A stretch of 49,745 nucleotides of DNA, the filler included, from Jimgerdemannia flammicorona (lineage: Eukaryota), in the NCBI GenBank assembly GCA_003990765.1. It is 2 parts of 2 records of this genome, joined end to end, with 100 filler letters (N's around TTAATTAATTAA, not from the genome) between each part and the next. Parts side by side here need not be neighbours in the genome. Positions count along the whole stretch, not along the records: positions 24,925 to 49,745 come from RBNJ01000921.1; 1 more part is not named here. One strand, given 5' to 3'. A program made the translations under genes and the position numbers. Under the pieces are notes generated by a model, which was not told where the DNA came from, made no database searches, and saw nothing but the letters and a program-made list of their open reading frames with translations. This document shows positions 24,825-35,744 of this stretch, one piece after another; positions within the stretch are counted from its first letter, which is position 1, and each line of letters opens with the position of its first letter.

Positions 24825-24924
24825 NNNNNNNNNNNNNNNNNNNNNNNNNNNNNNNNNNNNNNNNNNNNTTAATTAATTAANNNNNNNNNNNNNNNNNNNN
24901 NNNNNNNNNNNNNNNNNNNNNNNN
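24825..24924. other. Assembly gap/linker (44 N + TTAATTAATTAA + 44 N)
   Basis: Six-frame-stop spacer embedded in Ns, typical of an artificial contig join. Confidence 0.95.
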
Positions 24925-26013
24925 ATTTCCTCTCCAACTTCAGATGTGACCGCACGTTACGCAAGCGGATCCATCGGACCCTCATCATTTTCGAGTGAGG
25001 TCTGGTGAATTATTTAAATGATTGCTTGAAGGGCCCAAACCAAGATGGAGAGCCCGAAATGGGTGTTGCCGTCGCAGCCATCCCAATTTCGGACCTAGGC
25101 TCGAAGCTTGAAGACGAGGTAGGTGAGGTGGGTGTGGATCAATCTCGGAGTCTGAACCGATGAGGATATTTGCGGTAGTGGCGATGGTGTGGGGAAGGGC
25201 CTGTGCGAATCTTGGCGGAAGGTGATCGGGTCTTGAAGGAGGGGACAGGGTCAAGTTTGGTTCGAAGAGGACTCTGAATCCGTAATAATTACGGGCTACC
25301 CTTTGGATATGAAGCCGTTATTGCTCTTTCCCGAAAATATGAACACATGTAGGTATCTCTGGATTTTTACCCCTTGCTCATTAGCCAAAGGCTTCTGCGA
25401 AAGAATGATGTTTTGGGAAAGTTAGCAGATCTCGAACCATATTGTTATATTAATGAGCCATCCCATTGTGCACACGTGCAAATGCGAGGTGGACGTAGTT
25501 GTCGGTGACAGTTCGGAGGTGATTTTGGGTTGGGGTTGGAGTTTGGGGTTTGGGGGGGTGGGGGGTGGGGTGGGTGGTGAAGGGAGTGAGGGTGGGATAG
25601 GGCAAAATGGCTTGTGTGTGTACTGGGATAATGATCAAGGCAGTGTAATGGTGTCATGGTTGGTGGGCGTGATCCCCTCCTCCCAGGATGCGGAATTTTT
25701 CAAAGGCCGAAGTGGGACATGTTGGGATACGATGGATTTCGGGTGTGGTGTGATGCTTTGTGTGCAACGTGGGAAGATGGCGTCACCGTCTTTGACGGGG
25801 TGGTTAGCAACCAACACAGCCGCCCGCACACACTTGTCAACTTGAACATTCAAGCCCGACACACGCCCGAATAAAGGGACTCCCAGAAGAAAACAAAGTA
25901 AGTCGTAGACCCCCCCACACACACACCCTTCCTCACAATCCTTACCTTCTCCTCCCCACCCCACCTCCACCCCAACATTCCTCATAATCACTCCTTTCTC
26001 CCGACTAGCAATC

Positions 26014-26650
26014 ATGTCTCCTGCAATCCTCGTCCTCGGTGGCGTCGGCTTCATCGGCCGGAACTTTGTTGCTTATGTAGTCGAGAATAACCTGGCAGAC
26101 ACCGTCCGCGTCGTCGATAAGGTCCTCCCGCAGACTGCATACTTTAGTGAGCGTTCCAAGAAGACCTTTGAGAAGGTCGAATTCATGCAAGGCAACCTCA
26201 TTAACCCTGGTAAGTTCCTTTACTACACCACATTCCGACACAATCCCTCATCCGTGCAATGACGGAAGACACCGGCGTTTTGACTCCAAGACGGCACACC
26301 CTTTCGTGAGCCGGGCTAAGCCTGTCAATGTATCCGGAGCCACGTGCGCGAGCCTTTGCCAAACAAAGGATATTAGGACCGGCTCTTGGCACGCGACGAT
26401 TTTCACGCGAACCTTGCACAGCCGGCTCCCACGGTCCGTTAGGCCGTTAGGACAGTTGCTTACCATACCACCGATCTCGTCTCGTATGCTCACCTATCTC
26501 TCGAATCCGTTTGTTTGCGACAGACTCCATCGAGAAATGCTACACTCGCGCCGATGGCGAGCAATTTGACTATGTTTTCAACTTTGCTGGTGAAACCAAG
26601 TATTCGCAGACCGAAGAGGTAATTTGATGATTCATTTTCTTTGTAAGGAT

Positions 26651-26703
<53 letters not shown>

Positions 26704-28668
26704 CTTTTTCTTTCTTCGGGACGATGAATGGATGGATGGACGGGTGTGGTTTTGTAGGAATGAATCAGCTTTATATCGGAACAAATGAGGGGATGAAGGA
26801 GGGAGATATTCGAATCCCTCATTACTACAGAGAACATGTGGACAAAGATATGCTTCATTCCACCAACATCCTTCAGTCAGCTCTTGTTGATCAACGATCA
26901 AATTTCAATCGATACCACTGCCCACTCACGCCTCATTCGCTTTCCCGCTTCCCTAGATTTACGAGCAGAAAATTTACAACCTCTCCGTCCTCTGCGCCAA
27001 GGAAGCCGCCAAGCGCAACATCAAGGTCTTTATTGAATTCTCGACGGCCGAGGTCTACGACAGCGACAAGGTATATGTGGGTTTGATCAGGCGATGGAGG
27101 GATCCGATGTTATCGCCTGGTAGTCGCAACCAGTTTGTGAAATTACATATTACTCATCTGGTTTTGGGGGTTTGATTATGCTCAAAAGGGTGCCAGCACG
27201 GAGGATTCCAAGATTTCCCCTTGGACGCTCGTGGCCAAGTACAAGTACAAGGCCGAGGAGGAGCTGAGGAAGATTAAAGGGTAGGCTTTTCATCCCCGCT
27301 TTTCTCTTCTACTCGGGGGAATCGGGGTGGTTGAAACAGAAGAAATTGTCATGTTCAAAATTAAGATATGCGGTGCAAGGAGTTGAATGCAATGATTTGC
27401 TATCCACCAATACTGTGAATGGAAAATTTCAAGATGTTCGTATGCATTTACTCATACCTACTCATAATCTAAATAGCCTCAACCTTATCGTCCTCCGCCC
27501 GGCGCTTGTGTACGGTCCCAGCGCCATTCTCGGTATCAGTAAGTCGCTGAGCCAAACTTCTATCCACTGCACCTATTTTCCCTCACCATCCGTGGCTCGC
27601 GCCGCTCACCCACCCATACTAACTTCCCGACGTTCATCAACAGCTCCTCGCCTGATTATGGGACGCGTCTACAAGCAGCTAAACGAGGAGATGAAGTTGC
27701 TGTGGAATGAGTCGCTGCGTATTAATACAGTCCACGTCGAGGACGTATGTCGCGCTACCTGGCACGTGGCGAATTGGTTCGTCGAAAACGGAAAGGTCGG
27801 CAGCGGCGAGAGCTTTGTGTTCAACCTGGCGGATAAGGGCGATACCAGTGAGTGTTGGCGTTGCCTTTTTTTTGGACGGTTGACAGAGGTGATGGAAGGG
27901 ATATAGTTCGAAGGACTGGGCACTGTTGACTCGCGTTGTAGAGGGGAGTAGAGGGTGAAGATCTGGGAAATCGTGGCTCATGTGGTGGTTCATGGATTGA
28001 GGCATAGATGGCTTGTACGAGTTGGTGGTGTTTGCGGGCGGCGGAAGATCACTTCGGTCATCGTTGAGCGGGGTTTCGGAGATAGAGATTAAGGACGTAC
28101 ATGGCTCATGGACGGATTGTATGACATTCCTAGAAAAAAGATGAATCGAAAAGGATATAGAGATACAGACTAGATTGTGCCCTGCATGCTAACGAATATC
28201 CCATCCACTCACACAGACCAGGAGACCATCAATTTCCACATCCGCGCCATTTTTGGCATCGAGACCGGCTTCGCTGGTACCGTAGTGTCCAACTTCGCCA
28301 AGGTGCAGATAAGCTTCACCACCAGCTAACGCGCGGCCAGGGACATTTGTTCACATTTTCTTGTAAACTAACAAGGCCCAATCATTCCTAATCCTTCCCC
28401 ACAGCTGAATATCGAGTCTGTCACAGAGGAGACGAATGAGAAGCACTTGGCCCCTTGGGCTGACATCTTGAAGGCCTCGCGGATCAAGTCCTCACCGCTG
28501 ACCCCGTACCTCGACAAGGAACTGCTGTACAAAAACGCACTCAGCGTCGACGGCACCAAGATCACCAAGGTTACTAGGTTCGAATACATCGTCCCCGAGG
28601 TCACGCAGGCCAAACTGGTCGAAGTCATCGAGGGTTACAGGGCGCTCAACATCTGGCCGAGGGATTAG
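26014..28668 (+). CDS. NAD-dependent epimerase/dehydratase family (extended SDR), ~8 exons
   Basis: ILVLGGVGFIGRN Rossmann motif, FNFAGETKY, EFSTAEVY, LRPALVYGP, INTVHVEDV, FNLADKG. GT-AG exons at approx 26014-26209, 26524-26618, 26958-27070, 27189-27281, 27477-27538, 27643-27847, 28218-28282 and 28404-28668. Confidence 0.92.
26652..26703. repeat. poly(T) tract in epimerase intron
   Basis: About 50 consecutive T. Confidence 0.9.
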
Positions 28669-29473
28669 AAACCCAAATCTCGGATCCCCCACCACAGCGG
28701 CGCGAGCGTCGTCTGTTGGCCGAACTCTGAGTAATAGGGTCTTTCGGGGTTCAATTTTCTGGGAGACCGTTCTTTCTTTAAATGGATCCCTTGCCCTTTA
28801 TCCTTCCCCTTTGTCTTTCTCCTTACGTCATTCCCCTCCTTTTTCTTTATATCTCCTTCATTCTTTATTTCCTCGTCTTTTTCGTTCTCGGCACTTTTGG
28901 CCCAAGGGCATCTACATCTCATTATATCGGCCACCGGCCCGTTCATTAACGGCCACGCAGTTTTCTATGGTCTGATGGGTGTTCGTGCTATTCTCGCGAT
29001 GCCCCTTTCCCATTCATTCATTTCTGTCAAAGATTCTTGGGGTTGGACCAGAAAGCATAGCCGCGTATTCCTTGCGTGACGGGTAAAACTTTATAAAGTG
29101 ATGAGGGCGCGCCTCCTAGCATTTTCTTGTGATCAGATCCAGGAAGTCGGATTCGAGATGGCTTTGATGTGGGGTGTTTATCAATGCAGAGTAGTTATAG
29201 CAGAGGCATATACTATACTATGCACACACAGGATCAGCCGCAGAATCTTGCTATACATGCTCAATATTGCTTATAATTACATCGGGCTATCCTGAACATT
29301 CATTCATTGAACCGAGACCACGTGACAAGTCTTTGCAAACGGATTAAGCAGGCAAATGATTATTATGACGAAATGCGACCAAGGATGGTCAACACCTCCC
29401 ACTTAAACACCCTTTCTTTACAAGAGAAATTACACATACAGTATACCCTCTAACGACAAAACCTTCATGCTCC

Positions 29474-30674
29474 CTAAGGCTTAGGAATTTTCAGCGTCTT
29501 GCTAACCATAAGCGTCCCACTCAATGCAAACAACGCAACGAATGGATGTGCGTCCCACCCATCGCCACCCCAAGCCAGCTTCGCGAGTGAAACGACGCCG
29601 CCGGGTATGGCGTCCGTTCCGAAACTTTTCTCTGCGATGTTGTAGGCGATGAGGGCGACGAGGGAGAGAGAGGTGGGGATTGGGGTGCCCTCAAAGTATG
29701 CAACCTTGCCCGAGGCGTCCTTGGGGAGGAGAGCGACGGTGGCGTTGTAGCGCGCCAGACGTGCGATCCCGCACGCGATGAAGTAGGTCAGCACTAGCGT
29801 ATCTAGGTAGGTGCGGAGCCCAGCTGCGAAGGCTAGGGCTGCGGGCGCCATGCCGAAGGAGAGCTGTGGTAAAGGTTGGGTGGAGGATAAGTGCCCGAAT
29901 GGTGGGAGAATTTCCCTGGCGGGTCTTCACGATGACAACGTAAAGGCTACCTATCTCTGAACTTTCCCTTCTCTTTCATATAGACATTCGGCATTACTCG
30001 CCCTACCACACTCGTACCCACACAATCGCACCCACACACTCGTACCCACACACTCGTACCCACACACTCTGCCCACCCATCAACCCACTCACCAGATCTG
30101 CTAAGCTATCCAGTTCCTGGCCGAGCTGCGAGCTTTTCTTGCGCCACCTGGCAACGCGGCCGTCCAGGACGTCAAAGGTGAAGCCAAGTGGGATGAAGTA
30201 TATGGCGAGCCAGAGGTCGGCGATGTCGGCGGTGAGGAGGTAGCGCATGCTTGAGAAAACAGAGAGGGAGCCGCAGACGCCGTTAAGGAGAGTGATTATG
30301 TCGGCGAGATGGAAGTTACTAAAAAGAAGGCGAGGGGCGATGGGAAGTGAGAATTTAGCGTTGCTGTGCAACTGTAACAGTTGTGGCGAAGAGGTTGTAG
30401 GGATTCCCAATGTGTGCAGTGAGATATATTTTCGGGTGCAATAACCCCCCGTGAATATATTCAATGACTGACAACGCAACATGCTCATACCAATCCGACT
30501 GCCGCTCGGCGCATAACGATTCGCTATTAACAGAGAAAGATCCAAGGCAAAACGGTGTGACAACCGGACTCACCGAACCAAGGAGAAGTGACCTGGGGTT
30601 TCTGACACCAGCTTTTCATCAGATGGGGATATATTTGCCACGGCAGAGTTCTGGTTGTTCGTTCGTTTCGACAT
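29474..30674 (-). CDS. CHO1: CDP-diacylglycerol--serine O-phosphatidyltransferase (phosphatidylserine synthase), 3 exons
   Basis: MSKRTN...GHFSLVR/NFHLADIITLLNG, CDP-alcohol motif DVLDGRVARW...GQELDSLADL/SFGMAPA, RLARYN, FEGTPIP, MVSKTLKIPKP*. Confidence 0.95.
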
Positions 30675-30796
30675 GGCGTGGAGCGGGTGTCAAGGAAAAA
30701 AAGGTGAGCGTTGCTGTTTTGTGGGCGTTCGGGTGTTTTCAAGCCGTCTGAGCGAGTGTCGAGTGTGGCTTTTTTGGCTTCATTGCTAAGTGACTG

Positions 30797-30818
30797 TGAG
30801 TCATTACGTCACTGACGT
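30797..30818. promoter_or_regulatory. Cluster of bZIP-type sites (TGAGTCA, TTACGTCA, TGACGT) upstream of CHO1
   Basis: Three abutting AP-1/CRE consensus motifs ~120-145 bp upstream of the ATG. Confidence 0.4.
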
Positions 30819-31481
30819 TGGCCTCCCAACTCTTTTAGGCCGCGTTGCTTTTGCTCGGCGTGAAACGCCCAGAGCCGCTTTGGCCCCACTCGCCATGTTC
30901 TGGAAGAAGCGTGTCACGGCTCCCGATCAATATTCCTATTAGGCGCACTGATTTTCGAATAGATTTTTGACTGATCTACCAAATTCAGCTGACAGATCAG
31001 ATTTTCTCTGTCAAGATGCAAACACAAAATCCTTCTATTTTCTCAAATTATATATTTTAATTTTTATAATTTTCTAAATATTTTATAATACATATTTTTG
31101 ATATTTAATATAAATGATATCCCATAGTCTATAAGATAAATGCCTGCAAATTTAAGATGCAGGCAATGTCTATAATATAATTTAAGAGATAAGATCTAAA
31201 ACTTAAATATATAATTTATAAATAAAAAATAGATATTTTATACTATATAAATACTTAAACTCTAGAAAATATAAATAATTCTTATGACAACTCGATATGT
31301 GGGCGTCACATTTCCATCAGTTCGCGCTCTACTGCATTATCAATAAAAATCACCCTTCTTTTCTGCTCGAATTCCTAGAGATTCACTACAAAGGTTATGA
31401 GCCCCGTTTTTCCATCTTAGAGTGTAGCGTATGTTAAGTAAAGAGGTGTTTTTCTATAGCCACTGAACGGGGCTCATAACC

Positions 31482-31818
31482 TTTGTAGTCCGTAAGTTTG
31501 CCGCTCTCGCGCATAGCGGCGACGACGACATTATACGCTTCGGGAAGGCCTCTTGTAAGCGCCAGGACCTTATCTTCGTCCCCAATGGAGTCCGTTTGGT
31601 TTGTAGAGAGGGAATTCACCTCGTTCGCCAGATCGTCGACGCGATTGGCGTAATCGCGGATGCTCTCCTTGGCAAACGAGGTGAATTCCCTCTCTACAAA
31701 CCAAACGGACTCCATTGGGGACGAAGATAAGGTCCTGGCGCTTACAAGAGGCCTTCCCGAGGCGTATAATGTCGTCGTCGCCGCTAAGCGCGAGGGCGGC
31801 AAACTTATGGACTACAAA
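31482..31818. repeat. Long inverted repeat (149-bp arms, 39-nt loop) made of Ty1/Copia gag (UBN2-like) sequence
   Basis: 31482-31630 pairs with 31670-31818 with ~5 mismatches. Translation ESIRDYANRVDDLANEV...DEDKVLALTRGLPEAYNVVV is Copia gag-like. Confidence 0.88.
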
Positions 31819-32595
31819 TATTAAGCGGCAAACTTACGGACTACAAATATTAAAAGATCAGTATATCTGAGTTCTAATTATCACAGATATACAAGGCCTA
31901 CTGAATTTCCATAAAATGTGCATATTTTTGGTTTTTAATCATCAAAAGGACTTTTTCCAGTTAATTTAAAATGTAACACTAACCCTCCAAAACAAATTTG
32001 AACTACAGCCTTAATGAGCCATTGTTTTCTTCTTCCGAGTCTTGTGCTCCAGCTCGTCAGGATACGGATCGCTATGAGTTTTGCGTCACTAGGGGCCAAC
32101 AATGACAATATAGACCAACAATGAAGGCTCGGTCCCTTTAGGATATACTTCCATTATAAATACTGCTACGTTCATTCTTGCTCCAACCCTTGCAGCCTAC
32201 CCGGCAAACATATATATTATCTGGGCATCAGGGGGCCTCTGAGAATGTGAAGTCCCAGGCCCAACCCTCAGGACGGATTACATCGGGTCTTGAGCCACTT
32301 AGGAGCAAGCGAAAATTTAAAGGTTTCGCGTAGATAGATATCCTTCCCCAAGTGCAAATGACAACGTCGAACAAAAAAGGTGGCTGCGCGAGTATGAATC
32401 ATCTCTGTTTTGTTTTTTAAACCTTTGGAACACCTGCAGGCTCGCCGATCTTGGCTAACCCTTAGCCAACTGATAAAAACACTTGTGGGTACTTGATTTA
32501 AAAAAGCCTCCCCCCCCTTCCAAAAAAAAAAAAAAGGTTGCCACGTTTCCGTTGGCAGCGATGGAGGTGGCAGCAGGTCTCAGTTAATCACCACC

Positions 32596-35294
32596 TTAGA
32601 TTGCTGCTTTGCGTTTCGTTTCCCTCGATGTTCGCTGCAGCGCTGCGATGCCGGGGAGGATAATATTCCGATTAATAAGTAAGCTGTGAAACAGAAACAG
32701 CAACAATACCAAAAAAAACCTCAAAACCTCAAAACTCAAGCGAACACGACCCTCACCTTCGGTACGGCCATCCCCTTCGCCGTAAACCAGTACGGTTGAA
32801 ACTCAAACATAACATCGCACCCTGGCTCCTCGCAGACGGCTCGATGTTTCTCCTTGAGCCTCTCGTTGCAGGCGTCGCAGAGCCCGTTGGCCTTGGACTT
32901 GGTCTTGGACTGAGCGGAGGCACGGTTGGTAGTGAGGGTGATAATGCGACCGCAACCCACGGCGGCGCAGTTGACCTCGCGTGGGCCTGCAGCCTCGAGT
33001 ATGCGGTGCATATCCTCAGTCGCCGTCGAGATCTCGCCTGACGGCTGGCAAGGGTGGCGCCCCAAGCCCAGATGCTTGCAGACGAAGTTGCAGCGGTGAT
33101 TCGAGAAGAAGAGGTTAATTCCTTCGAGGCCGAGGTCCGTGGAGCCGAAGCTTTAAAAAAATAGAAGAATCAAAACGAATGTACTTTCTTGAAGGAGGTT
33201 TTCAAATAACGTCAAAAGTGTGTAGTAAACGAGACGCACTCTTTAAGAGGATTCGCAGAATGAATAACCGGATCCGTCATAATATACTCAACACCCTGCA
33301 GATCAACCACAATAAGCTGATTATTCGAGGCCTCCCAAGTAAAATGTGAGTAGGCCTGCGCGGTGACCTTGAGTTCGTTGCTGTAGTTTGCGTTGTTATT
33401 GTGCTTGACATAGTTACCCTCAACGAAGGGCTCGACCGTCACATACATAATTCCGCCGCTGGGACGCCGGATCTCCAGCACCCGCACATCCAGGAAGTCA
33501 ATGGGCCTGGGAGGACGGCGCGTGTTGAACTCGTTCGCAAGCTTGTATGCAATCGATTGCGTAGACATCACCTCTAGGTAATTCTCGCGATCCGCGGGAC
33601 CTCGCTTGAAGACCTTGGCGACCAGGCGGCGCTATGCAATAAAATAGATGGAATGCGCGTTGAGATGAAGGGACACGATTCCGAATAAACAACTGAATCG
33701 ACGCTAACTCCAACAACAATGCAAAGATCGCGATAAAGATCCTTACATTATTATGTGGCTCGTACATGGGGAACGCGTATCGCTGGGTCCCTGATGCAAA
33801 CGGCTGCATACGGATGTAAATGTCCATGGTGCTTTTGAGCAGGTCCTCAAGCGGGGTGTCAAGGACCACTTGCAGCGAGTGGGCGGGGTTGCAGGACATA
33901 GACCGGGCGTTCACCAGGTCTCCCCACGTGTCGGCGCTCCCCCAGTCGATGGTCGTAATGAGCGGAACGTCGGGCAAGACGGTACTACATATAAGAATGA
34001 TGGTTGTCAACATTTCGTGTGCTTTGCGATGATGACGGCTAACGTTTGGGTAAACATTGTAGGGCGCGAGATAGAATCAGTAGAAAAAGGAATCACCTTG
34101 ATATCGATTCGGATTCGGATCGCAAGATTGTTCTTGAGACGGACGCGGTGATGGTTTCGACAACTGTTGGCAGAAACTTCGTAGTATCCCATCCAAGGTC
34201 GAGTACCTATGGAGAGCCAGTGCGACATCAAAAAGTATTATCAGATGAATGCTCGAAATTCCTATCGCACTTCCACAAGCAAAATTGACTTACCTGAAGG
34301 ACACGGAGCGCGGGCTTATTATCATACATTCTCGAAAACTCCTTAATCATCTTTTCGGTATAAGTCTTTTTAGCCTGCACGAAGTGATAGTCAATATTCA
34401 GCTCACCGAGCGCACGCAAGATTATCCCGGCGTCTAAATGCGAGCGCCCATCCGGGTCGGTCGACGGATAATCGTCTCCTGGGTCATCATTGAACTGGGA
34501 GAAATGCGACGGAGCGTCTGCGATGTGGTACAGAACCCTTGTCCTAGCCGACCAAGGGAGCTTGGCGGCCTTGGCGAGGGCGCCCAGGACATCCTCTGGC
34601 CCGTCGCCACCGCCCTTGGCCTTGGTGACGTCGAGCTTGGCCTGCAGCTCAGCGACGTTGGTGGTGAAGGGCAGCTCAGTGAAGCGATCGGAGCCATCAT
34701 CGAAGTCGCGGTAGCCGAGGAAGCCAAACCGCACCTTGTAGCCCTGGAATTTATGGGATATGTGCTGTGCCACGTCTACAACCTTGGCTGCGGCCTCGCG
34801 GATCCAAGGGGCCATGGAACCGGTGCAGTCGATCATGTACAGCACATCGATTGTTTGGAGTTCGGAGCGACGGCGCATGTTCTCCGCTTCCAAGCGTTTG
34901 AGAGCTTCCAGGGTTGCTGTGCTTGTTCTACAGGTATGAGACATCATTGTAAATATCCCATCTTATCAATGCATGTCGAAGAACAAAGAGTGGTTGCTCA
35001 CCTAGCTTCCTTCCGCAACGCGGATGCCTGCAATTTCGCATTCTCTGCCCTTGCCGCTTCAAGTGCCACCCTGGTTCTGCCCGCAGTTCGCGGCGCCGTG
35101 GAGAAGAATGTTGCGCCTGCTGCGCGCAGCGCAGCATTCTCGGCCTCAAGTGCTGAAAGCCTTTCCCTAGTCCGGGTCGAGGTTGGCGGAATAGAATTCA
35201 GGTTCAGGGCGGCGGTTCTCTCGACGAGGAGACGAGCGTTTTCGCGCTCGAGACGCTCACGTGTTCGGGTTGAGGTTGGTGGGGAGTATGCCAT
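32596..35294 (-). CDS. Repeat-VWA-alpha-kinase-Zn-ribbon protein, paralog A (7 exons, intact)
   Basis: MAYSPPTSTRTRERL; MIDAS-like DCTGSM; alpha-kinase motifs PFASGTQRYAF, VAKVF, VEPFVEGNYVKHNNN, QAYSHFTW, VVDLQGV, TDPVIHS, HRCNFVC; C-terminal CEEPGC...VPK/RCSEHR; stop at 32596-32598. Confidence 0.92.
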
Positions 35295-35744
35295 GGTTCG
35301 AATGTGTTGGGGGGGGGGGGGGAGAATGTGATGAAATAGGTAGGCCTTTATATAATTAATTGTCTGGTGCTGCGTCATTAAGCCGGTTTGGGAAAAGAGA
35401 TAGTAATTCAAGCAAACCTGAAATATTTCGACGTCAACTTTATTTTCCTCTATAGTTTTTTATTTTATTTTTTTTTGCGCCAGCAGCATTGCTCCGGCAA
35501 ACAGCCTGTGCGCTGAAAAATCTCTCTATCCCATCTATCTCGCATAACGGTTTGAAGCACAAGGCATGCCGGTTCTGTACGCTACTACGGCAGCACTTCC
35601 AGAAGGTCAACTGACGCGGAACAGTTTCAGGAAAACGGTTACACGGAATGCTAAACACGTCGTTTTGTTTGGGATACATGCTCCTAGTCTAGGTCAGTGG
35701 GTCAGATATATATAGTGTGTGATTGTGTGTGAGAATCCCTTGCC
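35295..35744. promoter_or_regulatory. 450-bp divergent intergenic region with a TATA-like box on each side
   Basis: TTATATAAA on the minus strand at ~35347-35355 and ATATATATAG on the plus strand at ~35706-35715, each 30-60 bp from an ATG. Confidence 0.6.

Noticed and set aside
24825..24924. TTAATTAATTAA palindrome and apparent adjacency of the TE block to the gene island
   Set aside because: Artificial linker within Ns, so linkage across it cannot be assumed.
24925..26000. Short ORFs upstream of the epimerase
   Set aside because: Low-complexity promoter/UTR-like DNA with no recognisable protein. A divergent gene start near the gap cannot be excluded.
26490..27086. Poly-Lys / poly-Phe ORFs
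   Set aside because: Produced by the intronic poly(T) tract.
34438..35331. 297-aa plus-strand ORF
   Set aside because: Antisense shadow of GC-rich kinase exons.
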